Shown here in pieces: positions 11,631-25,735 of a DNA stretch of 64,000 nucleotides (the stretch's first letter is position 1; each line of letters begins with the position of its first letter). A program made the translations under genes and the position numbers. The stretch covers positions 24,126,325 to 24,190,324 of the forward strand of contig NC_068984.1 of the NCBI RefSeq assembly GCF_001194135.2, written 5' to 3'. The stretch comes from Octopus bimaculoides (Eukaryota). A model generated the notes under the pieces. That model was given only the letters and a program-made list of their open reading frames with translations, did not search any database and was not told where the DNA came from.

Positions 11631-11929
11631 TATTACTGTTCTTTTTCCAAGTGTTAGTGAAACATACCCAAGCATGGTCTTATTTTGGGATGCTGAGCGT
11701 TTCACATCCGGGTCTTCTTTGAGGTATGTTAGTCCAGCTGTTTTGGGGTCGTATGGGAGATCATCAGGAAGGGAGACTTTCTGCTGATGCGTTGCATATA
11801 GTTGTTCTCTTCACTTTTCAACAAAATGTTAATGTATTTTAATATTACTGCAGTTTAGCAAGTGCTGTATGGATGAATGGATGGAGTTTGGGCAATATAA
11901 ATGTATGTACACATTTGTGTGTGCGCGCG

Positions 11930-12115
11930 CGCCTATGTTTTTGGTCCTACCATCGTTTGACAACCGGTAGTGGGTTGTCTATACCTTCGTTAAATTAGCA
12001 GTTCGACAAACGGGAACAATTAAATAAATATGAGAACTTGGATCGATTTCAACTAAATCCTTCAAGGTGGTGCTCCAGCATGACCACAGTCAAATGACCG
12101 AAACAAATAACAAAT
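11930..12115 (+). mobile_element. SINE family A, 3' half
   Basis: TTTGACAACCGG...GGTGGTGCTCCAGCATGACCACAGTCAAATGACCGAAAC. Confidence 0.7.
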
Positions 12116-12700
12116 ATTTACAAAACTCTGGTGTTTAGACTGTTTAATCTGCCTCCACCATTATCTTGATGAAGTGTCGAACTCAGCAAAGATTTAATAC
12201 AGTTATTTTCCAATGACATACACAACAACAGCAATCAGCATGTTTTGCGTCCGACTCTGCCTGGACGTATTAAGAATGAATACGCAAATAATCGTATCAG
12301 ATCTTGCTGTATACGGTGCAAAATAACGGTTGTTTATATTTTCATCCAATATTAATGAAAGAGTTATCTCCCTTGAACACCATCGTTCAGTATAGAAGAA
12401 AAATTAAATATTGTTTCCTGCAGAAAATTTCTCTCATGAAGCGAGAGCCATAAAACAAACTTCCTCTTCTCTTCATAGCATACTAACTTATCTAAATTAA
12501 TCAACTGTATATTATATGACCAGAAGCAGGGCATGTCTGTTGGAAATAGCAGCCCGATATCTTTCGAATCACACCCTACCACCTTAATTAAGGAAAGGAT
12601 ACATTATATAATGTAAAACTATTTGCTTTAAAAAAACTGGATGGTTATATCTAGAATGCTTTGATTATAGATTAGCTCAATCAGGGCTGACCTGGAGGCG

Positions 12701-13140
12701 ATGACTACTGACCGAGACCTTTGGAAATGTGCTGTGCGTGAGAAGACCCGGCAAGCCAAGTAAGATCGTTGCCAGTGCCCCTGGACTGGCTCTTGTGCGG
12801 GTGGCACATGAGATGCACCATTTTGAGCGTGGCCGTTGCCAGTACTGCCTGACTGGCTCCCGTAGGATTTTCGAGCGAGATCGTTGCCAGTGCCCCTGGA
12901 CTGGCTTGTGCGGGTGGCACATAAAAGACACCATTTCGAGCGTGGCCGTTTTCGTGCGGGTGACACGTAAAAGCACCCACTACACTCTCTGAGTGGTTGG
13001 TGTTAGGAAGGGCATCCAGCTGTAGAAACTCTGCCAAATTAGACTGGAGCCTGGTGTTGCCATCCGGTTTCACCAGTCCTCAGTCAAATCGTCCAACCCA
13101 TGCTAACATGGAAAGCGGACGTTAAACGATGATGATGATG
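12701..13140 (+). mobile_element. 5'-truncated RTE LINE 3' end (ORF C-terminus, 3' UTR with tandem hairpin modules, (GAT)n tail)
   Basis: 12701-12763 reads MTTDRDLWKCAVREKTRQAK* (RTE DR..W..V terminus). UTR has GCCAGT-n-ACTGGC modules and GGTTGGTGTTAGGAAGGGCATCCAGCTGTAGAAAC; tail GATGATGATG. Confidence 0.8.
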
Positions 13141-14040
13141 AAGTGAAACAGTCTGGTCCTTAGGCTGTTGGAGTCTTTGTCATTTAATTCCAAGTTGGCC
13201 TTGATCAAGCAGGGACACGATCAAAGGTATTTGAGCTGTAAAACATCAAATCTTTTTGTATATCTAGGATTAGATTGTCCAATGTTTTCTTCCTGCTTTA
13301 AGAAAACAGAATGAGGGAGTTTTAGTGTAGATAATCAAATGATGGCATAGTAACTCCTGCGCTGGCCCATATATTCCCTCTAAGGCAATATAACAGATGA
13401 TAGAAGACAATCTTCATAACAACCTTCATATAAGAATTTGGTTGTGATTTCATAATACATGAAAATATTTCTTATCCTCCATGTAAAATACTAAATAATC
13501 CACTAGGAGATGATACAATGCAAGATAAAGATCACTAATATAACAGCCAATAAGAAACCCCCTGCTCAGTTGCTTAAACTGCTAGAAATAGTAGCTAAAG
13601 TCATACCACGTATTACCATCTTGAGAATAAGAAAGGATGTATGAGATGATGATGTCAGATGTACAAAAATATAAGTTAGTCACAGTTAGAAAACCATTCT
13701 ATAACAGGTCTGCTTGATCAGGGGTGGCCCAGGGCCACATAAGAACAACCACTACTATAGTCAGAAATATCTGAAGCTGATTGGGGCAAATATATTGTCA
13801 ACGAATACTCATCATTTTCCATTCTGGCATTTGTTGGGCAGTTTGACTGTAGCTGGCAAGCTAGAAGACGGTGCCAAGCTCCAATTCCTGCTTTAGCATG
13901 GTTTCTACAACTGGATTCCTTTCTTAATGCCAACCACTTTACAGAGTTTACAGGGTGCTTTCTATATGGCACTGGCACTAGTGACATGAGGGGGTACAAA
14001 GATGAGATTTATAAATTATGGAAAAGTATTCAATCTCTTT

Positions 14041-14402
14041 TACTCTTTTACTTGTTTCAGTCATTTGACTGTGGCCATGCTGGAGCACCACCTTTAGACG
14101 AGCAAATCGACCCCGGGACTTATTCTTTGTAAGCCTAGTACTTATTCTATCAGTCTCTTTTTGCCGAACCGCTAAGTGACGGGGACATAAACATACCAGC
14201 ATTGGTTGTCAAGCAATGCTAGGGGGACAAACACAAACACACACATATATATATGACGGGCTTCTTTCAGTTTCCGTCTACCAAATCCACTCACAAGGCT
14301 TTGGTCGGCCCGAGGCTATAGTAGAAGACACTTGCCCAAGATGCCACGCAGTGGGACTGAACCCGGAACCATGTGGTTGGAAAGCAAGCTACTTACCACA
14401 CA
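14041..14402 (-). mobile_element. tRNA-derived SINE family A, near full length, ending at a gap
   Basis: Reverse complement of the 25368-25735 element. Confidence 0.9.
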
Positions 14403-16599
14403 NNNNNNNNNNNNNNNNNNNNNNNNNNNNNNNNNNNNNNNNNNNNNNNNNNNNNNNNNNNNNNNNNNNNNNNNNNNNNNNNNNNNNNNNNNNNNNNNNN
14501 NNNNNNNNNNNNNNNNNNNNNNNNNNNNNNNNNNNNNNNNNNNNNNNNNNNNNNNNNNNNNNNNNNNNNNNNNNNNNNNNNNNNNNNNNNNNNNNNNNNN
14601 NNNNNNNNNNNNNNNNNNNNNNNNNNNNNNNNNNNNNNNNNNNNNNNNNNNNNNNNNNNNNNNNNNNNNNNNNNNNNNNNNNNNNNNNNNNNNNNNNNNN
14701 NNNNNNNNNNNNNNNNNNNNNNNNNNNNNNNNNNNNNNNNNNNNNNNNNNNNNNNNNNNNNNNNNNNNNNNNNNNNNNGACATTTTGGTAAGAGCAGAAA
14801 AGCTACGAGAATTCACTTCAGGAAGTCTTTCCTTGCATTATTCTACAAACGTTTCAAGGTGGGTGAGTGGGAAAATTCTCTAATTATTCCATCAACTAAT
14901 TTTCTGTGAATATCATTTCATACACAAATAATTTAGCTAATTAAAAGTTTTGACAGTTTATCTTTGTCTAAAAGAATTAGACATTGATTTTCTTTCTAAT
15001 TTTTTTTTTTGGGGGGGGGGAGGATTTTTTTGTTGTTTTATTTTCCAATTTCATCAGAGTTTAGGATACTTATCAGAAAATCAAGTTGAGAGAATGTTTT
15101 GTTTTCTTTGTATTTTATTTTTATTCTATTTTTGTTTATTTATCTATTTTTATTTTCTGAGTTTGAAAAAAAAAAGGTAAAAAAAAAAAGAAAAGAAAGA
15201 AAAGGAAGCATTGGCCAGTTTTGTCAACCTTTACACCTTGTTTCTCAGACTCAGCAAACTACGGATGGTACAAGCAAGAATTTAGGACACTTTGTACTGG
15301 AATTGCTACCAGTTTAACGAAACTCCACCATTTGGAAAAATATAATTTGAACAAATCATAAAAAATAAAGTGGAGTGAACTGTTATAAACCAATATTGAA
15401 ACACATAAGAAGACTGCAAATCAGTGTATTAGATTTCAACATTCAAAATATATAACTTAATACATGAATAAGCATTTAGAATCTATAGTTATTAAATTAA
15501 TGGCATTGTCTGCTGTTAATATGACAATCTGAAAGTATTATCAATTGATAATATTTTCATTTGGTTATCAGAATACATGTGTGCATGTGTGTTTGCATGG
15601 AACTTGTAATAAGCCCTTTTCTTTTTCTGATATGGATTCCATTCCTGGCTAGAGTTCTCAGATTTCAGTTACGCCGTAATGCCTGTATATTTTTCCATTT
15701 TTCTCTTTTTTTGGCAGAGGAGGGGGTGGGGGCTTTAGCCAATAGCTTTGAGAGAGATGGACAATGCTAAACTGACTCACCCATAATGAATTACTTGAAA
15801 AGAAAGCCTTCGGTGATGTTCTTATAACTGGTGGTGGGTTTATGGGACATCTTAAGACTTACACATTCACAAGCAGACTTACATACACATTCCTGCATAC
15901 ATAGATATAAACACAGGTTTTATGTAAGAAATGTGTGTTTTGTGTTAATGCACATTTTGTACAGAAAAACACAAGAAGCAAAAAAATTATTAAAGGCATA
16001 TACATTATGAGTATACATACATTTACTCAGAAATATATTCTCTACCATACTTTTACACAAAGCAAAAATACAGATATGCATTGGTGTGTGTGTGTGAATG
16101 GATGTTTGTTATAAATAGCCTCAATAGCTAGGAATATGTGTGTTGTAACAACTATTCATGATAATAATAAGATAAATGCCATCACAAACTACAAAAGCTG
16201 TTACATTCAGTGTTGAGCTTTAAATCCTACAGCAGTTTTGGTCAGATGTGAAATAAATCTTCAAGTGGATATGATGCTAGTATATTCCCAAAAGACAGGC
16301 TACTTATCTTTCCCAGACAGGTGAACTGAGAGTCCTCAGCTGGATATGAATGAATTGGTAATGAATACTTCATCTCTTCTTTCATTTACACACACACACA
16401 CACACACACACATACTTATATGAATTTATAATCTTTTTCCAAGCACACATACAAAATTTTGTTAATCACAAAAAAATACTTGCTATTCTATTAAAATCTG
16501 TTATTAGAGGAAGGGGTTTTATAGGCAAGTATCTAATTATAGCAGTTTTGTGTGTGTGTGTGTGTGTGTGTGCATGTGCCAGGTGATTTCAAATATGTG

Positions 16600-17930
16600 T
16601 CCCAGTTGTCATATATGGAACTAATGAACCATTTTGATGTGGCAGCTGTAAGTAATTCAGGGTTCACAACTTCTAACATGTGTGATGATGAATGCAAACC
16701 ATATAACCAGCAACTTAAGAGTGGTCGTAGAGATTTTTGCTTTTGAAGACCTAATAATCATAGCTTTTGAAAATTAACAAATAACTTTTTTCTAAATACC
16801 AGTTGATATGGCAGTCCTTTGAGGCAATACTGTCTTAGTGCTTAATTTACATATTTATTAATATTGTTATGATTTGGTCAGTAGTGGAAACTGTCAAAGT
16901 CAAATGTAGAATGGAACATCACTGACAAACTACTCCTACTTTGATGGTGTGGACAAAGTACCTTAACTTCTAATAGGTCCCAGTTATCATGGTGAAAACA
17001 AACTTCAAATGTTCAAGGGTATATGCCTTAAAAGGCACACAAACTCACCCCCAAAAGAGCAAGGTAGCTTTTTGAAGCCTTTTGATATTAATCAAGTTTC
17101 CATTTGGCCTGAAATAAGTGCAAGTCTGTCTTTGTCCAAAGCTCCTTGTGGATGATATGGGTGACATATTGGCATTAGATGTTGAAGAACAAGCCCCATG
17201 CCAATACATTCTCTGCATGGTTCAGGTATATGCCCACAAATAACCAACTAATTGTAGCAAGATTCTCACCAATTTAAATTTCCATCCAAATCTGAATGGA
17301 ATGATAAAAAAACAAAAAAGTTCCTAAAAATTGGTGTCAAAAGTCTTGGAGAGATTGACAAAAGTCAAGAAATGATCTTGGTCTTGCTCATGACGCTGTT
17401 TCTGTAATATTCTTTATTACAGAAACAACATTGGAATTCTGTCAGAATTACTTTTGTGATGCCATGTAACAATCTCTGTAACATCATCTCACAATGGAGT
17501 TCTTTCCAGAACCAATTCAAGTGTATTGAGGTTATGATTGCTGAAAATCAGTTGTGATATTTTGGATATGCTATCATGATGCTTTGAAAGATCATGTATA
17601 ATCCATTACTCCACAGATGACAGCCAGCAGCATCAAAGGAAATACTTCTTCAAGGACCAACTTAGGTAGGAGATCTAATCCATTATTGGTTAAACACCAT
17701 TCCACCTATGACTAAGTTGTGAAAATAAAGTTAAATACTGTCTCAAAGAAATGCAACATTCCAGTCCCAAACCTGCAAGCTGTTCCTGTTGACATAACGT
17801 CTAGTAGTAGTTATGTCAGCATGGTGCCAGTGGCAGCAAATTTGGAGAACAACCAGAAGGTAACTAAGATGAGACAGGCTCCACACATTTAAATCCACTT
17901 CTATTAAGACTGCAAACATATATTCCACCT
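16600..17930 (+). mobile_element. Degenerate RTE (BovB-like) LINE with internal deletions
   Basis: AP-endonuclease-like FTTSNMCDDECKPYNQQLK at ~16660-16720 and post-RT remnant EVLSRT...VMIAENQL*YFGY at ~17500-17570 (cf. QLRWFGH). Confidence 0.55.
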
Positions 17931-18019
17931 GCACTAACATAGTAATAGTTGTGGTTTTGATATTGATTGGGCTCAGCAGCCAGGAAAGAATACATAATAA
18001 AACATGGACAATAGCAAAA

Positions 18020-18050
<31 letters not shown>

Positions 18051-18195
18051 ATTAGTGGTGGTACCACAATATGTCCACACCAAGTCTTTTAGAAGTCAGC
18101 AATTGAAAGTTAATTTATCCAGCCAAGATATGTGAGAAACAAGTAACACATTACTTTATACAGAACTGAGAGCAGGAAGAAGTAAAAGCAATGAT

Positions 18196-18227
<32 letters not shown>

Positions 18228-19536
18228 ATGTTATGCAATATGGAAGCTTGAAACATAAGTTATAGAGACAGCCTGAAGGCTTTATATCCCACAGAATTAC
18301 AGTATTTCAATGTCCCATATATCATCATTGAAAAACCTATCTGGGTTGATTTCCTTTAAATTCACTCATTCACTCAACAGGGATAAAACAGGTACCAGTA
18401 ATATACTGGAGTATTTCCTTACAAAATGTAGTTTTGTATATAGAAAATTAATGGTATAGACATAAATGTGCGTATTTTTGTGTGTGAATATGACGAGGGG
18501 GGAAAAGTAGGGAGAGTTAGGGTTAGGGCTCATGGCTATTAGTTTATATTTGTGATTGTACATATATAATGGCATCTGTAAATAAATTAGTGATTTATTT
18601 ATAAATATAGCGTTTCATTCAAAAGCCTGTTACCTTTCTTCTGTTTCAAGGACCCTTTCTTTCATTAAATACATTTATACAACTTAGACACCCATGAATA
18701 TTTTCAAGCATGCATAAATACATACACAAATAAATACACACGTGACCACATATACATACAAATGCACACACAGTTAGATACATTCCTATACTTTGGTGCA
18801 TACATCTAATGAAAGACGTCCATAAACCTATAGAGGTGTATTACTATGTACATACATTCAGTAATATACATATACACTTCCATATATAAAATGAATAAAC
18901 ACATATTTTCAGACATACACACATGTACACATTACTATTCTTTAGATTTATTTATTCCTTTAAGTCTAGTAAACAGAAGCAAACATCCTTTACAAAAATA
19001 CTTGCTTTTGTTTCCAATCAAAAGTACTCATTAATGGATGAATCAGAGCCATAATTTCAAAGGAGAGATGAAATGGAGATTGTAACATTCTTACTTTTCC
19101 TAAAGGATACTAAAGAAGTAAGCATAGCCAAGTGGATAGCAAGTTTGCTTTACAACTACATGGTTCCTGTTTCGATCTCACTCTACAGCACCTTGGGCAA
19201 GTGTTTTTTTTTTTTTAAACTCTTTCCTCAAGTTGAACAGTACCTTGTGAGAAAAATTTGGGAGATGGAAACTGTATGAAAACCTGCTCTGTGTGTGTGT
19301 GTGTGGCATCTCTTTATGTAGAAAAGATAACCACTTAAGAAAAAGAGATTGGTAAAATAATTACCAGCCTGGAATAACTAATGATCAACTAAAAGCCTTG
19401 AACCTGGAGCCCAGTTTGAACACAAGTCTGTTGCTTGAAACCATTAAGACTTAGTAAAATAAAGAAAAATTAAAGGTTTCCTTGATAAAATTGGTCACCA
19501 ACTTGAAATCTGACACACAGGCAAAATTGTTTCTGC

Positions 19537-19574
<38 letters not shown>

Positions 19575-20008
19575 TGATTTTATGTCAAGTTATATATATG
19601 AAAACAATTTAACATTAAGCTGAAGAATTACTCAATACTTTTTAGTAGAATACATATTTATTGAACTCTTACAAAAAGAGGAGTGACAGTGACCTCAAAG
19701 TTTCACCCTGTCTACCTTTACCAGACAAGCAGGTTCAAACTTCAGTTATTGTTACCCCTCTTTTTATAAAAGTTCAATATATACATACATACATAACATC
19801 CATTTTCCACGATGGCATGGGTTGGATGGAGCTGGCAAGCTGCACCAGGTTCCAGCCGGATTTGGGTTGGTTTCTACAGCTTGATGCCCTTCCTAATGTC
19901 AACCACTTTACAGTGTGAGCTGGGTGTTTATATATATATAAGAGAAAGACAGAGACATAAAGAAATGAATATAATGTTGCTTTACATTCATTTTCCATAC
20001 TATTAGAA

Positions 20009-20071
<63 letters not shown>

Positions 20072-20599
20072 TGTATATGAGAGAAAGAGAGAGAGAGATA
20101 AATATAGAATGGTCTTTTACATTCATTTTCCACACTATTAGATTTTTGTCTGACCAGTTGTTTGTTCCTACAGCTAAAACAGTCAACCATGAAACAGCCA
20201 GTAGAACATAATGGAGTATAGAATTAAGTACCTTGATTAAGAGTAATACAGATTTATTATTTTATTAATCTTCCAATCAAGCATGCAGTACACCAGAACC
20301 TTTAACTCAAACATACTTTATAAAGAATACTAAAAATATTATCAGTAGTTATAAAATGCTACATTTTAGCTGTTTTTAAAAAGAATATTTATAACTCACT
20401 GGAATGTAACTATCATCACAAAATGTTCCAAAGCAACAGTTTGAGTTAGAAGCAAAACATGTATCTTAGTTTTTCTTGACCAAGTCCTATTTTTAAGATG
20501 TTTGATTTGTCTGTTATAGACAAAGGTTTTGAATGAATTCAACTGTTTTTGCATATTTTGATTGTTTTAAGCAAGTAAAAAAAATCAATATGATAATTC

Positions 20600-20770
20600 T
20601 TTCTAATTTTGGCACAAAGCCAGCAATTTTGAGGGGGGGGGGCAAGTCAATTATACTATCCCGTAATACTTGACAGGTACTTATTTTATCAACCTTTAAA
20701 GGATGAAAGATAGAGTTGAGTTTGGCAGAAACACTGCTAAGCATTTTGTCCGGCATTGGTTTCACCAGCT
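20600..20770 (-). mobile_element. SINE family C, older copy; similar minus copies at ~24615-24825, 34250-34445, 37570-37750, 58860-59065, 60475-60845 and 63435-63640
   Basis: TTTTGGCACAAAGCCAGC...GGTACTTATTTTATC...GGATGAAAG...CTAAGCATTTTG motifs. Confidence 0.75.
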
Positions 20771-23215
20771 TTCTACTTTAATGTAACAACAATAATACCT
20801 TGTTGACTGTTAGATATTAATTGATGTATCACCTGTCTCCATCTGCCTCACTATAATGTAGAATTTTGAAATTTTTTCATTTTTGTATAGAGTTGATCAG
20901 CTACTAGAACCATATTATAGAAGTTAAGTTTTTTTGTAAGTTATGATAGCAACTAAGTTTTGATTTCAAGTTATAGCTAATTTGTTTAATTTATATTACT
21001 ACATTAATTTTTTTTTAATGAAATAGACAGTATCTTTGAGAAAAAGGAAACATAAGCATCAATATTTCCTATTCTTTAAACCAATAAAAAAGGTTATTCC
21101 TCAATGGTTGTCTCTGATAACAAAAAAAAAAAAAAATGTAGGCAATTGGTTCTATCACACTTGTATGTGATACATAAATTATTGACTTAAATTAATTTTA
21201 GTGAAACAGAAGGATTAATTTTAAAATATATTTTACATATCTTGATTTATTTTAATCATAAAAATAAAAGTAAATCAACAAAAATAATCATCCAATGATA
21301 TTTTTTTTCCAGGAAGGACCTCAAACTATGGACTTTCTGTAATGTTACAATATAGAAGAAGGAAAAATATAATGGGTTAAAGCTGTTATACCACCAATAA
21401 TGTCTAAGAGAGCCATCCTAAAGCATGGGCATACTGGGTAGGTTACTTGGAGGCCTCACAGATCTAAGGGTCCAATGATAAGCATATATATTATGGTTTC
21501 CTCACACTCAATAAATATTATAGACCAGATTTCTGCTTCACCTAAGGGCCTATAGACTTCAAAATTGATAGGATAAAAGTATACTTCTAAACGTTTTAAG
21601 AAAATGTGGAGTTATGATACTAGAGATTATGATGTTTGACTTGAGAGGGTTATGGTTAGTGAGGGGAAGACTGAAAGACTAGTCGAAAGTATATGCCGAA
21701 ACTGAATCAAAGACCTTAATTAAAACAAGGCAAAGAAAACTAGAATAACACCAACAACTCCTATTTGTATTTACTGAAAATTTATCTAAACAAAGGAGTG
21801 GTGCTCCATTTTATATCACACTTGCCACACAAACATACATTGAACACCTGATAACTTAGTATTTTTTTTTGAAACTCAGTAACATTGTTGCTTGTTTTGT
21901 ACTTTTTTAAATATGGTTTATATACCAGATATATATTAACTTTCTTCACCTGGTACTTTCCAATAAATTAAAACATTATGGTTTTAACATTTGGACTTTG
22001 GTGTGTATGTGTATGTATGCAGGGGGTGGAAAGAGAGAGAGAAAGAGAGAATTTTGAAGTGTGCGTGTATTAATGTTAAGGCTTAAAGTAGCATAACAAC
22101 GATATCATTGTCTTGAGTAATTTGGTTGTACCGAAACAGGGACGAGCACCGGAACCCTACGAAAATAGGTATAAATCAAATTTTAAGGAGAAGATTTAAA
22201 TTTGGGATTGGGGGTTGTGGAGGAGGACTAGGTTGACTTATTAAAGTAATTTTGATTTGCTTTCCTGTATTTATTTGCTAAAATTCATTGATTGGTTCCA
22301 TGCAAAAATTTTGCACCCAAGGAGTTTCTTTAAAGCAAAGCACATGACGTTTGTATAGACATATCTAATTTTCATTCACCGAGATTTCAAGTGTATCCCA
22401 TGGATTCTCACAGAATTATGTATGTATGCATGCAAATATGTATTAATGTAAGTGTGCATAAGTATCTGTATATTGTAATATGTTTATGTATGTTGGTATA
22501 TTATTATATATATATACATCGATGTACTTATTTATTGAAGCATGTATGCATGTAAATATGTATGCTTCAGAAGTGTGTGTTTTTGTGTGTGAGTGTGTGC
22601 ATGCAGAAATGCATGTGTATTCATTCTTATATATATATATAGATATATATCATGAAAATATCTTCCACATCATATTTTTTTAGTATAAATCAATAAACTG
22701 ACCAGAAAAGACATTTTCACACTTACCCAACGTATATCAAGGTTTTTAAAATTCATCATCATATTTGGTATTTCACATGAATATTACTAAAGTATATTTA
22801 GATATACTATTTAGATAAATCCTTTGTAGTGTCAGTGTGGTTTATCCCATGTATGTGTGTATATTGTGTTGGTGTTGTGTCATGTATGTAGATAAATCCC
22901 ATATATCATTTCAAAATATCTCATAGATCATATATATATCACATGTACTTAAGACATAATTGATAAATCCCATACCTCATCAGGGATGTATCATTTACAT
23001 CACATCACATAAATATATCTGTGAATACAAAGTAAACATTTTTCGAAATTAAAAAAAAATATGATTGTTCCTTGAGTGTTTTTGCACATTTATAAAAGTC
23101 CCTTTTATCTTCTTCCATTTGAATTTCCATTCCTCATCTATTCATCTTGTTTTTTTTTTGTTTTTGTTTTTTATTTTATTTTAAATTTCTGTACTGTTTT
23201 GTTATTCGAAAGTAT

Positions 23216-24342
23216 TTAAGATCTGGAACACACTAGAGGTGGGGGCTGAACATATTCTGGTTTGAATTGTAAATAGTCCAAAAGTTTTTGAGGTAATGGC
23301 AGACGAGGAATCATTTCTGGAGAAAAGTATTGTAAAATTCTTGTACGGCAACGGTTCTGAAGGTTACCTTTGTTGGGAAGCTTGTAAACATGGATATGAT
23401 CTGTCGAAGAATCTGGCACATTAAGAACCAGGGCCATGCGATCACCACAGTTAGAAAAAACAGGCATAAAATTAACAGGACATGAATGCAGACCACATAT
23501 AAATCTAATATACTGGATACAATATAGTGTTTGTGAAGTATCTCCGTCAAATACGTAAACAGCCATTGTAAGGGCATTATATTTGCGACTTTTTTTCTCA
23601 CGACAAAAACAGCCACCTGTCATCATTATTGCAAATATCAGCAAGCCGTCTTTTGAGTACACCAGGTTTTTCAATTTCAGTCGCTGCATATCACGGAAAA
23701 CATCGATTTGTGTGTTGAATGACACAGTTTCCCAGATGTCTGTTCGAACTAGACTAAGTGAGTTATCTTCATCACGTCTGAAGCTAGTTACAGCAAGACG
23801 GAGGTTTCCAAATCTAGGATCAAATGCAAATAAAGAGTGACTGTAAGGTAAACTAACTTCACTAATCAGCTGTTTGGTTTTAATGTTGTAAAGCTGAAAG
23901 ACAGATGCACTGTTGTCTCCACGGAGATTCGGAAATTTTATCAAACATGTTGAGTCATCGGAACTCAGTTCACCCCATAAAGCTTCATTCACAAATTCCA
24001 CATTCTGTTTACCGAAATGTCCAAGAAATTTATTAATACTCAAATCTATGACTCCAAATTGAGTCATCATATTCTGCACAAGATGAAGGATGACTAAGTT
24101 GTCATGGTAACATAATACACTTTTGACATGGAAATTTTGAATCGAAGACAACTGGGCAGGAATATGGTTGTACTCGAAATGTTCTGCCATTTTGATAAAT
24201 TTGCTTCTGCGTCGAAAACTGAAAAACGAGTTACTTTTGTTTATATCAATGATCCCTTGTCGACTTGTGCAGAAAGCGGGACTACAGTCCTTAAAAACCA
24301 AGCCATCACATGTTAGAAGGGAGTCACCAAAACCAGTGGCTT
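23216..24342 (-). CDS. Terminal coding exon of a beta-propeller-like protein with a C-terminal SOCS box (putative Elongin BC-Cul5 substrate receptor)
   Basis: Only long intact non-repeat ORF (381 codons). Acceptor GTTTCTGTCTATTTCAG| before 24342 (phase 1). SOCS box at ~23377-23264: BC box NLQNRCRTRIL and Cul5 box LPLPQKLLDYLQF. WD40-like blade motifs (LYNIKTKQLISEV, AFDPRF, YSKDGLLIFA, VFDGDTSQTL, FSNCGDRMAL). Stop at 23218-23216. Confidence 0.9.
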
Positions 24343-25367
24343 CTGAAATAGACAGAAACATTAAACTTCCATTAATAACTTTAAATTATATATAAAAAGA
24401 AAACAAAAATTCATTAAACAATATAAAGAGAAACTGATAAAAGAAATGTTTCTTACACATAATACATCATCATCATCATCGTTTAACGTCCGTTTTCCAT
24501 GTTAGCATGGGTTGGACGATTTGGCTGAGGACTGGCGAAACACATAATACGTAATGAAAAAACATGTAATATGTGAAACACTATACAAAAGACATGCAAC
24601 AATAATAATAATAATAAACCTTTCTACTATTGGCACAAGACCTGAAATTCTGTGGGAGGGGGCCTAGCTGATTACATTGACCCCCAGTACTTGACTGGTA
24701 CTTATTTCATTGACCCTGAGAAGATGAAAATCAAATCCAACCTTGACAGAATCTGAACTGAGAATGAAATACCACTAAGCATTTCACCTGGCATGCTAAT
24801 GGTTCTGCCAGTTTGCCACCTTAATGATGATGGTGGTGATGATGATGATGATGATGAAGCTTGATAGTAGGTCTACTCAATCAGTGCCTGACCTTGGGCT
24901 AAACAACAACATAACTGAATTACTACCACTAAGAAGCCTTCAATCATTTCATATTTGAAGTCTAGTATTCTCAGGTCTGACCAAACTACCACCTACCAAC
25001 TCTCCCTCAATCTACCATTTTTATGGGAGACTATCATCCTCAAATCTCAACTACTTTTCGCTTAATAAGCTCTATTCTCTCACAATCACATGTTTAAACT
25101 TGTGTAGTCCTCTCTTCTGCATACATTTCATTAATCTCTTAGTAACCAACCTTTGTTTTACACAAACACACTCCAATGGTCCTGGCAGTGTCTAGTAGAG
25201 AGAGCCATTGTGAACTCAGTGAATGGTCAGTCTTTAACTCACAGGAAGTGGCTAGAATGCCAATAGATTTATAGTTATATAAGAGAGCGAGATAGTTAAA
25301 CACTCACTCTCATCTTTAAATTTGGGTGAACTGTAGTATCCTATGTTACCTAATTAATACAAAAAAA

Positions 25368-25735
25368 GCGTAGGAGTGGCTGTGTGGTAAGTAGCTTGCT
25401 TACGAACCACATGGTTCCAGGTTCAGTCCCACTGTGTGGCACTTTGGGCAAGTGTCTTCTACTATTGCCTTGGGCCGACCAAAGCCTTGTGAGTGGATTT
25501 GGTAGACGGAAACTGAAAGAAGCACGTCGTAAATATACATATATATATGTATGTATGTGTTTGCTTGTCTGTGTTTGTCCCCGTAACTTAGCGGTTCGGC
25601 AAAAGAGACCGATAGAATAAGTACCAAGCTTACAAAGAATAACTGCTGGGGTCAATTTGCTCGACTAAAGCAGTGCTCCAGCATGGCCACAGTCAAATGA
25701 CTGAAACAAGTAAACGAGTAAAAAAGTAAGTAAAA
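25368..25735 (+). mobile_element. tRNA-derived SINE family A, full length
   Basis: tRNA-like head, TTGGGCAAGTGTCTTCTACT core, internal (TA)n, GAGTAAAA-type tail. Confidence 0.9.

Noticed and set aside
12628-13073. Overlapping 90-140 aa ORFs here and at 27715-28240 and 29287-29670
   Set aside because: GC-rich RTE 3' UTR repeats that recur near-identically in the window; not host genes
16552-16746. 64-aa ORF containing a GTAAGT donor-like site, suggesting a plus-strand exon
   Set aside because: Better explained as a decayed RTE endonuclease segment contiguous with downstream RTE remnants
24343-24361. ATG at 24361 as the start of the 381-aa ORF
   Set aside because: The first six codons (MFLSIS) are the polypyrimidine tract and TTTCAG acceptor; a phase-compatible upstream exon exists at 33974-33769
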